Shown here piece after piece: positions 12,658-25,946 of a DNA stretch of 64,000 nt; the first letter of the stretch is position 1; every line of letters starts with the position of its first letter. The stretch is from Geosiphon pyriformis uo1 (lineage: Eukaryota > Fungi > Glomeromycota). The stretch spans positions 540,604 through 604,603 of the forward strand of contig JAAOMT010000226.1 in NCBI GenBank assembly GCA_016748015.1. Reading direction: 5' to 3'. The notes beneath the pieces are model-generated. The model had not been told where the DNA came from. It searched no databases and worked only from the letters and a program-made list of their open reading frames with translations. Position numbers and translations under genes: made by a program.

Positions 12658-14025
12658 CTACATTTTGATGATAATGATTGGTTTCAGATCTTGTGATATA
12701 TTTTCTGATCTGATTAATGAAATTTGTGTTCCTAGTTGAGGTACTGATGATAATAATTCTTGTTTTGCATGATAAATTTTTAACCAATTTCTATGTACTA
12801 CTTTCTTTAAAATTCTGTCTTCCAATCATAATTTGTAAGCTCCATTGTCTAAAACTTCATGTATATGGAATGGACTATCTCACTTTGGGTCAAACTTTCC
12901 ACTCCACTGTTTTTCAGTTTTTGTATAATGTAATAGTACTTGGTCTTCAATTTTGAATTTCATTAATTGTTTAAGTAGACATTTATTATGTCTTTTTTAT
13001 TGTTGTTTTTGAGCATTACTAATGTTGTCAGCTGCTGTTCTATGATTATTTTCTAATATTTTCATAAGCTGGCATGTTTTATGGTGTAAAGTTACTTCGA
13101 AATTCTTTTTGGTGATAGCTTTTGTTGGATATAACTGTATTTTTTTTTCAATAAATAGAATGGCTTTTTTTTTATAGACTAATTTGAATGATGTAAACTG
13201 AGTCATATTTTGTTTTAGTGTTCAGTATGCAAAAAGTACAGAAGATATAAATAAGTCCCATTTTTGTTTGTTTTTATGACTTATTTTTACTAGTGCTTCA
13301 CACAGTGTTTGGTTAAATTGTTCTACCAGTTTATTTGTTTGTAAGTAATATAATAACAATAAAAGACATTTTATTCCAAACTGTTGACTTAATTTGATTA
13401 ACATATTATTAACAAAATGCATTCTTTGATTGAATAGCAGTTTTTTTGGGCATTTATGTCTACAAATTAGATCTTGGTGTATAAACTCAGCTATTGTTTT
13501 AGCATCTGCTACTTGAATGACTTTGGCTTTTGGCCATTTTGTCAAGTAGTCTATAGCTGCAATAATATAACAATTTTTTTTGAATATTATAAAGAAAGAA
13601 CTAACTAAATTAATCCTAATTCTATCAAATAAATTTTCAACTGGAATGAGTTAAAGTGGTTCTGTTGTTTTGGCTTTTTCTTTTTGTTGACATAAGTCAC
13701 AATTAAGCATGTATTTGAAAATGTCTTTGTATATTATTGGCCAATAATATAAATTTAGAATTCTTTTGAGAATAGCATCTTTGTTAAAGTGTTCTGTGGT
13801 TGAATCAGAATAGATACTATGTAATATAGTTTTCTTTTCATTGTTTTTGATAATTTGTTGTGGGGTGGAATGGTTTTAGCATTCTTGTTAATATAGTTAG
13901 TTGTCTTGAATAAAATAATTTCAGGCTTGTTTTTGTATAGTACTCTTTTCTTGTTGGGATAATATTTCTTTGAAATATAGTGTTAATAGGTACTGATGTA
14001 ATTGGTGGTAATTAATTGTGTCCAT
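12658..14025 (-). pseudogene. Integrase ORF of element C
   Basis: ATG GAC ACA ATT AAT TAC CAC CAA TTA (MDTINYHQLHQYL) at 14025; degraded rve motifs; C-terminal DLKPIIII as in A and B. Left boundary approximate. Confidence 0.8.
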
Positions 14026-14035
14026 GAGTCTGAGA

Positions 14036-16522
14036 TTAGGTTTATGGTATTCTCAACAAACTGTTGGTATTGGTGTTTTTAAATCCTTCCTTATAATGTA
14101 CTTTGAGTGAAAATTATTGCAGATAAGTACTTTATCTTGTGTATTTTTTCTCTAGTTGTGGATTGTTGAATAATCACACAAGTCTTTTATGATTAATATA
14201 TAAGTTAAAGAACAAACTGAAGTAATGTCTTCATGTCTGTATGGCCCAATAAATGACAAGACATTCCAGATCTGTTGTGCTGCAATTTTTTTTGCTGGAC
14301 TAGTGCTGCAACTGGTGTAGATAATTGAATGTTTTCTATTGTCTGGTTCTATTTGTAATAAAACTGTTTCTAAAGCATTTTTTAAGATATCTGTAGTAAC
14401 AATAAACTATTTAGTAAAATCTGAATATCTCAGAATTGGAAATGTGATTAATCACTACTTAAGATAGTTAAATGCTTTCTGTTGGTCTTTTTTTCATAAG
14501 TACTGTATATGTTTGGACAACAACTGGTGAAGTGGTTTTGCAATAGTTGAGAATCCTTTGACAAATCATCAATAGTATTCTGCCAATTCTAAAAATCTTC
14601 ATAATTCTCTGAAGTTAATTGGAGCTGGAAAATTTTTGACTTTTTGGACCTCATCTGAGTTAGGTTTGACTCTGTTTTTGCCAATTACATGTTCTAGGAA
14701 TTTCAACTTGGTCTTTTTAAAGAAGTATTTATCAGGATTGAGTTTCAATCTAGCACTACAAAGATGTTTAAAGACTTGCTAAAGATAGAGCAAGTGATTA
14801 TTGAATGTTTTCGAGAAGATATTAGTATCATTTAGGTATACTATGACTAATTTTTATAAGATTCCTTTGTACACAATATTCATAAAACGCTGAAAAGTAG
14901 TAAGAGTATTGCAGAGTTCAAAGGACATCACATTGAACTCAAAGTTTCTATCTTGGGTGGTAAACACCATTTTTCTTTTGTTTTTGAGATCTATTTCAAC
15001 CTGCCAATATCTACTGGCTAGATCTAATGATAAAAATCATTTTTTGTTTTCTAAATTGTTCAGAATATCTTAAATGAGAAGTATAGAGTAATTATCTTCT
15101 CAGGTAATACTGTTTAGCTTTTGGTAGTCTACACAGAATCTTATCTTTTTGTTTTTCTTAGTGACCAAGACCATTGGAAAGGACCAAAGGCTTAGCAATT
15201 CTTTAATTAAACTATTGTTAAGTATTTGTTGTACTTCTTGCTTAATTAGATTATTACCAAATGGAACACTTAGTAAGTCCACTGTTTAATAGGTCGCACA
15301 TCTCCCATATCAATCTAATGCTTCACAATGTTAGTGTATCCAAACTTATTTTCATTGACAAAGACATTGATGTATTAATTCAAGAAAATCTTAAGTTGCA
15401 TTTGCTAGAAAGTACTTAGGTTTTCCAAGTGTAGTTTGTTGATTTCTTCTGGCATGAACAAGTAACTTTCTTTTGGCAAGTTTTATGCTTGTAAGGTAAT
15501 ATTGCAAAATAAAAATAGCTGTGTGAAATCTGAAATAGGCTGGGGTTTTTTGGGATGTTGAATGTCTGGTAAAATAGAACCAATAAGAATTCCTTTGGGA
15601 ATTTTAATGACATTTTCTGTAAGGTTGTGGATAGAGATTTTGAAGTGTTTATGGGCTTTGGCTGGTAGGTATAGATTAACAATATTAGCTAGGAAACAAA
15701 TTTCAGGATTGGCTTCAAATAACAGGACTTAATCTTAGATCTTTTAATTCACCTTAAAGATATATTGTCAGTATAAGGGAATGGAAATAACTGTATTAGT
15801 GTAGATAAATTTTACCTGGTTACTGTCTTTTTTCATAAAGTTAACTGGTACATTTTCTCTTTCACTCAATTCAAACTCATTAATTTCTTGGACAGTAAGA
15901 CCTAATTTTTCTCAGATTGTTACTGGATTTAATTGGGGTATTTTGACTAAGGGTAAAAAGATAGCTTGGGCAATTTTTTCTTGTAATTCTACTTTGTAGA
16001 GTTTGTTTGAATTGTTCTGTAGCATTATGATGATGTTTCTTATATAACCAGCATTAATAATTCTTCTTTTTATGTCAATTTTTTTTTTGGCTAGACTAAA
16101 TCGAAAGGCAACTTGTATTATTATACTAATAGAAATTTTTAATGCTATCTTAAGATCTATTGTTACAAGAAAATATAAGATTATAACTATGAGTGATTGT
16201 TTGAGATATTATAAGTTGAAACCAGCATCAGTATTATGTGCTTTTTTGGGACAGATTCTTTTCTCATTGTCACTGTATTATTTTAATTCTAATTCTTTAG
16301 AGAGATTTGAATAAGCAAAATACTGTTCTATTTTATTATCCTCAATTGGATCTTTAAATGACATGTTTTCAATAATTAATTCCTCTTCTACCTTAGACTC
16401 AAGTAGTTTAGTAATCAAGTATAGTTTTTTTGGAGGCAGATTGAACATGAGATCACATTTGTTGCAGTACTAAAAGTAACAAAAAATTAAATAATGATTA
16501 CATAGTTTCATGTTTAGGTTAA
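14036..16522 (-). pseudogene. Cys-rich tail-dUTPase-RT-RNaseH remnant of element C
   Basis: LCNHYLIFCYF*YCNKCD at about 16440-16522, AGFNL dUTPase motif near 16215, RT and RNase H motifs; stop TAA at 14036-14038. Confidence 0.8.
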
Positions 16523-17450
16523 TGTTACTCATAAAATATAGGAAGTATATTATTATTAGCAAGTAGATATTAGCCAATTAGAAGTAGATGTAGTAAATGT
16601 GAAATTCCAGGATTCCTCTTAAAGAAATTACAGGATTCCAGAAATTTCAGGATTTTCTGGCAAGGAATTACAGGATTCCAGAATTTCAGGATTCCTCTCA
16701 TCAAGAATCATAGGATTTCAGGAATTTCAGGATTCCTGTCACAAGAAATTGAAGAATTGAAGAATTTCAAATATGTATATATAGCAATAGTGTTAGAAGC
16801 AGAAAAAGAGAATCGACACCAAGAATCTTTAGCTTAGTTACCACAATTCTTAAAATAAATAATTATTCATTATATCAAATTCATTCTTCACTATCAACAC
16901 TTTATGTTGATAGTAACTGATACTTAACCATACTAGAACAATAGCTCTTGATCATGGCTATTGACGGAATACTAACTTGCAAATTGCCTTGGCTTATTTC
17001 TTATTTTCTCTTTTATCTTTTCTTTATTTTCTTTGTTGTCTACTAACTTGATTAAAAAATTTACTCCTGGAGGACTTACAGAGGAATAAAACTTACTTAA
17101 ACAATACTTACTCTTGGAGGACTTACAAAAGAATAAACTTGCTTAAACAATACTTACTCTTGGAGAACTTACGAAGAAACTGATGTCAAAAAACAGCACT
17201 GGTATACACTTACGGAGAATATTATACCAGGAGAATCATCAACCATCAAGCTGAGCAAGCAATTGACAAAACTATGGTTTCAGGAAACTCCTAATAAACT
17301 GTTACCATTGAATCTCTGTCCATTATACAAAGAACTCAATTGGAAAACCTTCAGATAAAATACCTTCAGATTATCATCATCACCAATCACCTTGAGCACC
17401 AAGTTATGGATTTGTTATTCACTTGACACCCCAAAGAATCACCTGTAACA
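16523..17450 (+). repeat. 5' LTR of element B
   Basis: 928 bp; U3 built of GGATTCCAGGAATTTCA-like tandem units; about 47-bp tandem repeats at 17061-17175; direct repeat of 25947-26646. Confidence 0.95.
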
Positions 17451-17452
17451 TT

Positions 17453-17469
17453 TGGTGCTTCCTGTGAAA
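17453..17469 (+). promoter_or_regulatory. Primer binding site of element B
   Basis: TGGTGCTTCCTGTGAAA, the same PBS as A apart from transitions. Confidence 0.8.
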
Positions 17470-17511
17470 TATAATCCTACAGAGAACCAGTACCAACAAC
17501 ACCATCCAAAC

Positions 17512-20500
17512 ATGGCAGAATTAGAAATTATAGGAGCCAACTACTTAGGATTTGCAAAATTCTTGTTTTAACAATACAGCCAACAATTAGGATTAAACAG
17601 TAATCACTACCCAGCTGAATCAGTTTTCAATTATTATGTCAACAATAAAATCACAGACTGTTTAGGAGAAACTGTTAATATCAAATCAGCAAGAAAAAAT
17701 TTCTATACAGAATTATTTCAACATACCAGCTTACCAAAAAATTACAGTTTCACCCTAATCATCAGGGAAATTAATCAAACCATTGAAAAATATACACAAC
17801 AACAATTTCCCATTACCTATGCAGACAAAGATAAAGAAAGAATACAAACACCAGCAGCAACACCAAAAAGAATACAGTTATCTAGTTGGAAAAAACACAA
17901 AGTAGAATTACCAACCGCTCCATCATATTACTACACACCTGAAAGCACTATCAACATTTCATTAGCAGACACATCCACATCAAATGTGACATCAACATTT
18001 GGAAGATTTCAGTTCCAAAGCAAACAATAGAAAGAAAACTTACTAGAACCATATGGAGCATATTTTGAAGGATTTAAATCATGATCCCCAATGCCATCAA
18101 GAATTCAATCATCAATACTCCAACCAGATTTTGGAGCCACTACTCTGTGAAAATTATCAAAGAAAGAAGAAGAAGGAAGTGAAGATCAAGGATTCACTTA
18201 CCAAAACTTGATCTCAGAAAACTCGGAATTCAGAACCCCAAACATTCAAACTCCACGAAATCCAAACATAGAAAATCTGGAAATTGAAACTCCAAATATT
18301 AGAACTTAGCAAAATTAAAACAATCAGAACTCTGATTTAATTAATCAGCCAAATGTATCTCAAATATTGTTATCAATCATCCACCAATTGATCTAATAGT
18401 CGAACCTATTCAGCAACCACCTCAACAACTGAATCTGCAAATCCAACAGCCACAAGGACCACCTCAGCAACCACCACTGCAACAACAACTGTTACAACAG
18501 CCACAACAACAATTAAACATAAACCAAATGGCCTATGCACCCATCGCCAAGTTAGAAAACTTTACTGGTGAAGAAGATGATGCTTAAGCATGGATCAATG
18601 ATGTCTCCAAGACCATCATAGCAAACAATTGGGACAATGCCAGAGCTCTATAGGCGATCTCATACTTTCTTAAAGAAACTGCCAATTTTTGGTACTAGAG
18701 TTTAGCTGCCAGACCACAAACATTCCAACAATTCAAAACTGTCTTTCTAGGATATTTTAGCAACAATAACAGTATTAATTGTCTAGCCAATATTTTCACC
18801 ACAATCAAACAGAATAATACTAAAGCAGTCACAACATACCTAAGATGCTTTTATAGAGTCCTATGCCAAATTCAAGCCATTGATGCCATGTATTTCACAG
18901 AATCCCAGATCCTCAACCAGTTTATTCATGGTCTGCGCAGTAGCATTTTGTAACATGTACGCCCATTACACCCAGCCAATCTTCAAGCCACAGTCACATA
19001 TGCCAGAGATTTCAAATTAGCTGAGCTAGAAACCAACTATGCTCAAGCTGTAAATTTAGTAATGAATAGATCATCTGATTTGGATTCCAAATTAAAGCAA
19101 ATCAGTGATACCATCAATTAGAAAATTGAGGAATACTTAGCTAACAACCATCAGTCTATTTATCAACCTCCCCAAAGATGCAGTAATCAGAGAAACTACA
19201 ATCATTCTCAAAATCAAGTGTGTCTTTCAACATCGGCCAATCAGCAATGACAGCCAGAGATGCATGTCTGCCACAACTGTGGTAAACAAGGCCACATAAG
19301 AGCCAACTACAACACTTATAACTGACAATTGGGAAATCAACATCGAAATCCTGATCACCAATTCCAAACCCCGAATCAATATCAAAATCAAGAGCAAAAT
19401 CAAAACACTTATCTGCCAATAATGCAGCAGCCAATTTATTAAGCACCAGTATATTAGACCCCAGTTTATCAACCACAGCCACCAGTAATATATCAACCAC
19501 AGCCATCCATAATATATCAACCATGGCCACAAGTAATCTATTAACCTTAAACTATTCAAACACTGCCCCAAAACTTATTTCAACACAGAACCCAAAGACC
19601 GAAAATGACACAACAAAACTTGAGATCAGCGATAGTTGTCTACCAACTGATCCCTAGTTCCTTCAACTCACCATCAGGATCACATTTTCAGAATTTGGGT
19701 ACTGGTGCCACCCAAAACCCAAATTCCCAGAACTATTTAAGTCTCCTGATTACCCCAGAAGGCACCACATCTAGCAACCTGGAAACCAACCCAATTCAAA
19801 AAGTTACCAGTAACATACCACTAGCAATGGTTACTGAAAACAAAACATTAGCAGTCATTTTTCTGTTTGAGTTTGAGGAAACCACCCCAGTCCTATTATT
19901 CAGTGGAGCCACCCTTGAAGAGAAACCCATTACAGCAATGTATACTGATGCCAAAGTAGATGGCCACTCCATTAAATTGATCCTAGACAGTGGTTCAGTA
20001 GGCAGCATTATTATGTGACAACTCATGGACCAATTAGGTCGCCAAGTTGATCATGCTGCTAGTGCTTGTATAATCACTGCTGATGGAGCAACCAAAACTC
20101 CAATTGGCAAAATTGACAATTTCTCATTTGAAATCAATGGCATTATAATACCCATCAAAGTCTTAGTAATAGAAACCACACAATACCAGGCTCTTGTGAG
20201 CAATGATTGGTTGTTGAAAACCCACACTACCCTTAATTGAACCACCCAAAAACTACAATTAACCTTTGGTGGTCAGCATACTTGAATACCAGCCACTTGT
20301 GGCCACTTTAAGCCAAGCAATGCCCAATCACTTATTAAGTTTGAGGAAGAAACAAGGAAACCTACCTGAGAAGCCTACCAAGTCTTGTGGACCGACCAAG
20401 ACCATAACGAGTTGCCACCAGTACTTTCTTAGAACGGCAATGTCAAAGGAAAGCAAAAAGAAACAGAACTTACCTGGACTTCTGACCAAGCTTGAGAAAC

Positions 20501-23500
20501 AAAAAATGACTACAACAAACTGGCCGATTGGGAATAGAAAGAGGAAGATAACAGAAAGGAAAAAGGGAAAAAAACCACACTGAAAGAGACCACCAGCACC
20601 AGCAAAATAACCAGTGGCTGGACCAGTTCATATTCAGTCCATAAGCCACTACTACAACCACCATATATTCTACTCAAATGCAAAGACTGTGGAAAGAAAC
20701 TTTTTTCCATAGGAGCATAGATTGTGCCAGACAAAGACTACTGGACGCAAACCCATTACTATTGTAAACCATGCCATAGAGAATGCTATGGCTACCCAAA
20801 GAAACAGGGCAAGTGGGACAATGAACCATGTCTCACTTGTGGTAAACAACTGCTTGATGAAAGAATGTGAAATGACATTCCTGGTCGAGGAAAAATGTGT
20901 GATGCTTTGTGCCAATACACAATTCTCATTAGTGATTGGGTGAATCGTGGTACCCCGATTACAGCAACATAGTACCAAGCACTCAATTGTTTAGATGGTT
21001 ATTCCCACAACAAAGAGGAGATCTGGCAAATGGCAAATGCCAAAGTAGAAAATGCTACACCCAATGAAATACTGAAAATTAAGAACAATCCTCCAGAACT
21101 GGTTGATATTATTTGTATTCCTAACTCAGATGCTTTTATGGACAAAAAAACAGGTCCAGAAAACTTTCACAAATACTACCAAAATTTGGCACTTATAAGA
21201 GAAGAGCAGGAGCAGTGTTTAGAACAACTAAACACTTGATTATGTAACCACTATTTGATTCCCTGTGACTTTCAATATTGTAATGAGTGTGACTTTATTT
21301 ACAATTCACTACCACACATGATTTACATGATTCTTGAAGAAATTGAACCAATCAGCAGCTGCACATCCAAATAGGAATCACCATTCAATTCCAATTCAAA
21401 CTCTGACAATGATGACGACGAAAACACCAGTTCCAGCTCTGTTCAAATTGGCAATAACAATGATGACGATTCCAACTCAGATTCAAACTCCAACCCAAAA
21501 TATGAACAATACATTGCACTGCCAGACTTCTCCAAAGAACAGAAGTTAAAATAGTATAGTGACAATAATGAAGGTATTATGCCAGAATGCATGCATAATA
21601 CTGATGCCAGATTTGATCTGAAGTATCTAGAAAAAGATGCCATCAAATTGAAACCACATTTACACACTTGCATTGATCTGAAAGTAGCATTAGAAATTCC
21701 AGCAACAACAATAATTCAACTAGCATCTAAGAATAATTTAGCAAAAAAAGGGATTAATATAAGAAGAGGAATAATTGACATAGGATATGTAGGAAATATT
21801 ATTGCTATACTACAAAACAACTCTGAAAAGACCTATATTATAGAGCCAAATAAAAAGATAGCACAGACAATATTCTTGCTTCTGGTGAAAATAGTGCAGT
21901 TAGTATCAGTAGAAAATAAGGAGGAATTAGAGATAACAGCAAGAGGAATACAGAGATTTGGATCAACGAGTAGAATAGATGTACCAGTCAATATAGCAAA
22001 AGAAGAAATTGTTGACCAAGGAGAAATTATCTCAATGAATCAAGCAATTTTCATTCCACCATATGGCCAGTACATGGTAGAGATAAAGCAGAAAGTAAAA
22101 GAACAGAATCAGATTTTTGAAGCAAAACCAACCCTTTGTGAATCAGGAGAGATTAGACTTATCAATCTTCATATACTAGTCAAAGATTACAGCCACATTA
22201 AAATTCCCATCTATAATAACACAGGAAATGTCATAGTAATACCAGCCAGAACCACTATTGGATACTTAAGCATTGAAATAGAGGATCAACCACCAAGCAC
22301 CATTCTGGACTTTTTACAGCTTTGTGGATATGTCGATATCACATCACAAACAATATATGGACGAAGCAAATGTTATTTGCTCCAACCAGAGCAATTAGAA
22401 CAAATAAACATGGGAAACTTAGACTCACTCCAATGTATGCAGCTCAAGATGTTGCTCAACAATTTCAATGACATTTTTGCCAGCAAAAACAAGTTTGGCT
22501 GAACTGACATCATCTAGCATCAGATCAAAACTAAAGATGCAATGCCAATTAAACAAAGAGCATACAGAGTACCACTAGCTAGCCATGAGATCATTCATCA
22601 AGAGATAAACCAAATGCTTAACAACAGACTAATTCAACCATCAATGAGCCTATGGTCATCACCAGTGGTACTCGTCCGGAAGAAGAATAGAAAAATCTGA
22701 TTTTGTGTGAACTGTAGGAAACTCAATGGTGTAACTCATAGAAACAGTTATCTAATCCCAAAAATACAAAAATTGTTCGATGCTTTTAGCAAAAACAAAT
22801 AGTTTTCAACATTAAACTTAGACAGTGGTTACTGGCAAGTAGCCATGAATCCAGCTGACAAGAAGAAGACAGCATTCACCACTAGAGAAGGGAATTTCAA
22901 ATTTGAAGTAATGCCCTTCAGCTTAACCAATGCCCCAGCCACTTTCCAACAGCTAATGGAAATTGTTTATATGGGCTTATTATGGAAATCAGTAGTTGTA
23001 TACTTGGATGACACCAATGTATTCTCAAAAACATTTGATAATCATCTTCATCATCTTTAACAAGTGTTCGAAAGGCTAAGAAGAGCAGGACTAAAGTTAA
23101 ATACAACAAAGTGCTTCTTTGACAAGACAAAACTAAAATTCTTGGGACACATAGTCAGCAAAGACGGCATCAAAATAGATCCAGAGAAAATAGAGATAGT
23201 AAAGAACTTTTCAGTACCAACCAATGTGACTGAATTGAAATTATTCTTAGGATTCGCAAGCTATTATTGACACTTTATAAAGAACTTTTCAAAGATAGCT
23301 CAACTGCTCAATAATCTGCAAACCAAGAATACAAAATATGAATAGACAGAAAGTCAACAAAAAGCTTTTGATATTCTGAAAAAAAAGCTCATTCAAGCTC
23401 CAGTACTGATCTACCCAGATTACAACAAACCATTCATTATTACTACCAATATATCAGGCCAAGCATTGGGAGCAGTACTATCTCAGAAGAGACCAGACAA

Positions 23501-23804
23501 CAGAGAACATTCAGTAGTATATGCCAACCGAGATCTAACACCAGCCAAAAAGAACTATAGAACACCAGAACTAGAACATTTAGCAATCTATTGGGCAGTC
23601 ATGAAGTAGAACAAATACTTGAGCCAAAAATTTGATATATACACAGATCATAAAGAGTTAACATCACTTCAAAAGCAAGAATTTGATGACGGCCACCAAT
23701 TCAGATGGAAAATGGTACTCTCATGATATACTTATATTATACACTATAAGAAAGGAAAAGACAATGGAAATGCTGATGGTTTGTTGCAAATAAGACAAAT
23801 CTAA
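17512..23804 (+). pseudogene. gag-PR-Cys-rich-dUTPase-RT-RNaseH polyprotein of element B
   Basis: VCHNCGKQGH knuckle, LILDSGS, 307-aa stop-free dUTPase-plus-spacer ORF 21579-22502, KTAF..VMPF..NAPATFQ..VYLDD RT. Ends ...IRQI-TAA at 23802-23804. Confidence 0.9.
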
Positions 23805-23865
23805 GAACATTTTAACCCAAAAATATAACAAAACCAAAACAATACCAACAAAAATATAACAAAAA

Positions 23866-25249
23866 ATGAACATACAAAAATATCAACAACTTCAATATTA
23901 TATAAACACTCAACAATTCAAGGAGAATTTATCTCAAATAGAACAAAAGAGTATTAAACAACAATCAAAATATTTTATTACTCACCAAAATATACTTTAT
24001 CGGAAAAATATAAGAGATCTAAATCAACCAACCAGAGTAATTACAAAGCCAGAAAAAGAGACAATATTATTTAACATGCACTTAAATCCAACAACAGAAC
24101 ACTTTCACAAAGAAACAACCATGAAAAGAACCCAGAAAAAGATACTATTGGCCATCAATGTATCCAGACATCATCCAATATGTTCAAAATTGTGACACTT
24201 GTTAGCAAAGAAAAAGAACAAGACCCAGTGAACCATTAAGACCAATCAAAGTGGGACAACCATTCAACCATATTGGAATTGATTTAGTCAGACCATTAAC
24301 AATCACCAGCAGAGGAAACAGATACATAGCAGTAGCCATGGACTATCTTACTAAATGGCCAGAGGTAAAAGCAATTCAAAGAGCAGATGCAGAATCCGTT
24401 GCCAAATTTGTTCATCAGGATTTGATTTGTTAACATGGATGTCCAAAAAAATTATTATCAGACCAAGAAACACATTTTGTGAACAGAACATTAACAGAAT
24501 TGAGTCAAAGATTCGGAATTAAGAGACCATTATTATCACCATACCATCCACAAACCAATGGATTAGTCGAAAGATTCAACAGAACATTGTGTGAAGCAAT
24601 AGCTAAGCTCAGCCAAAAAAACCAGAACAATTGAGATTTGTTGATACCATCAGTACTATTTGCTTATTGGACAATGAAGCAAGATACTACATAAGCAACA
24701 TCATTTAAATTAGTATATGATAGAACAGCAACACTACCAGTAGAAATAAAAGTCAGCACATATCCAACCGAACCAATAATAGAAGAAAATTTCAAAAACA
24801 CATTGTTAAGAAAAACATATGACTTAATGGAAACATTAGAAAACAAATGACAAAGAGCAGTTGATAACATACAAAAGTCACAAGAGAAACAAAAAAAAAG
24901 ACATGATAACCAACTACCAGATAAACCAGTTGAACTTAAGATTGGAGACAAAGTACTACTACATTGTACCAAAGCAGAAAAACAATGGAGAGAAAAATTT
25001 AACCTCAAATGGGACAAACCATTTTACATAGAAAAAATTCTAGAAAATGGAGCTTACAAATTAAGATTGAATAACAAAATCTTGACCAAAGCAGCACATG
25101 GAGATCGATTGAAACCATACTACCATATAACATCATCATCCACCAGTAATATTCCACAACTGGGAGTACAGAGAATACTAGTCCAACCAGATGAGATTCC
25201 ACAAGATCTGGAACCAATTATCATCATTGATAACAACACGTTCAATTGA
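23866..25249 (+). pseudogene. Integrase ORF of element B (own ATG, different frame from RNase H)
   Basis: MNIQKYQQLQYY start; IGIDLV, DYLTKWPE, SDQ, PQTNGLVERFNRTL; one frameshift near 24135. Confidence 0.9.
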
Positions 25250-25273
25250 TTAACAGAAAGAATATATAAAGAC

Positions 25274-25933
25274 ATGGTTAACACAACGGAAAAACACAGA
25301 AAAATGGAAATTACTAATAACATTCATTCATTAGCACAACAAATTTTTTAATTAATCCAACACCAGGAGATGAAAATTACAATCAATCAACAAACTATTT
25401 GATACAAAAGTACTGCAAGAATACCACAACACAAAGTACAGAGAAAACTCAAAAATGTTGTTGACAAGATCATAACCAAAGTAAAATTGGCCATGAAAGA
25501 ACAATGAATAGTTGGATTACACCAAGAACTTACTGGAAAAACTTGAACTTGGTGAATGCAACAATTTCCGAAAAACTATTGTCATTTTTACTTGGGACAA
25601 CATGTAAATATCTAGAATTTGTACACTGACAAAACAAAACGGTTATTTGATACAACAATACTGAGACAACTAGAACAATTTGTGGGAAAAAACAATCTAA
25701 CCACACAAGCTCGAGCCATTTACCAGCTATATATGAGATTTCAAGACTGACCAGAAATTTTACTCAACACAGTAATAGATACAGTTACAAGTAATTAATT
25801 GGGAAAAATGACCAATGCCCAATTTGAAGAACTACAAACTCAAATAACATAAGTAATACTCAAAAAAGAAGTTCAAGAAATAATTCAAGAGGAGGAATTA
25901 AAAGAGTTAGATTTTGATAGAGCTCAATATTAA
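25274..25933 (+). pseudogene. ORF3 of element B (unknown function)
   Basis: Single frame with transition-type stops: MEITNNIHSLAQQIF..EMKITINQQ..YCHFYLGQHVNI..ARAIYQLYMRFQD*PEILLN..QFEELQ..RAQY*. Confidence 0.8.
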
Positions 25934-25946
25934 AAGGAAGAAATAA

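Larger units (their letters stand above)
236..16522 (-). mobile_element. Ty3/Gypsy element C (oldest, host of the nest): 3' LTR 236-929, PPT, ORF3, IN, RNaseH-RT, dUTPase; interrupted by A and B, 5' half not seen
   Basis: Minus-strand remnants: RT (LWSFPMVLVTKKNKKIRFCVDYQKLN, 15100-15282), IN (TKWPKAK..CRHKCPKKLL..QTNKLVEQFNQTL, 13222-13545), dUTPase (about 15860-16265). PPT/LTR junction GGAGCTCAATTCTAAAAAAAGAGAGATAA-TATTATCC parallels A and B. Confidence 0.85.

Noticed and set aside
16600-17175. Regular repeats resembling a CRISPR array
   Set aside because: Degenerate tandem units without unique spacers, inside a eukaryotic LTR and duplicated in the other LTR; no cas genes.
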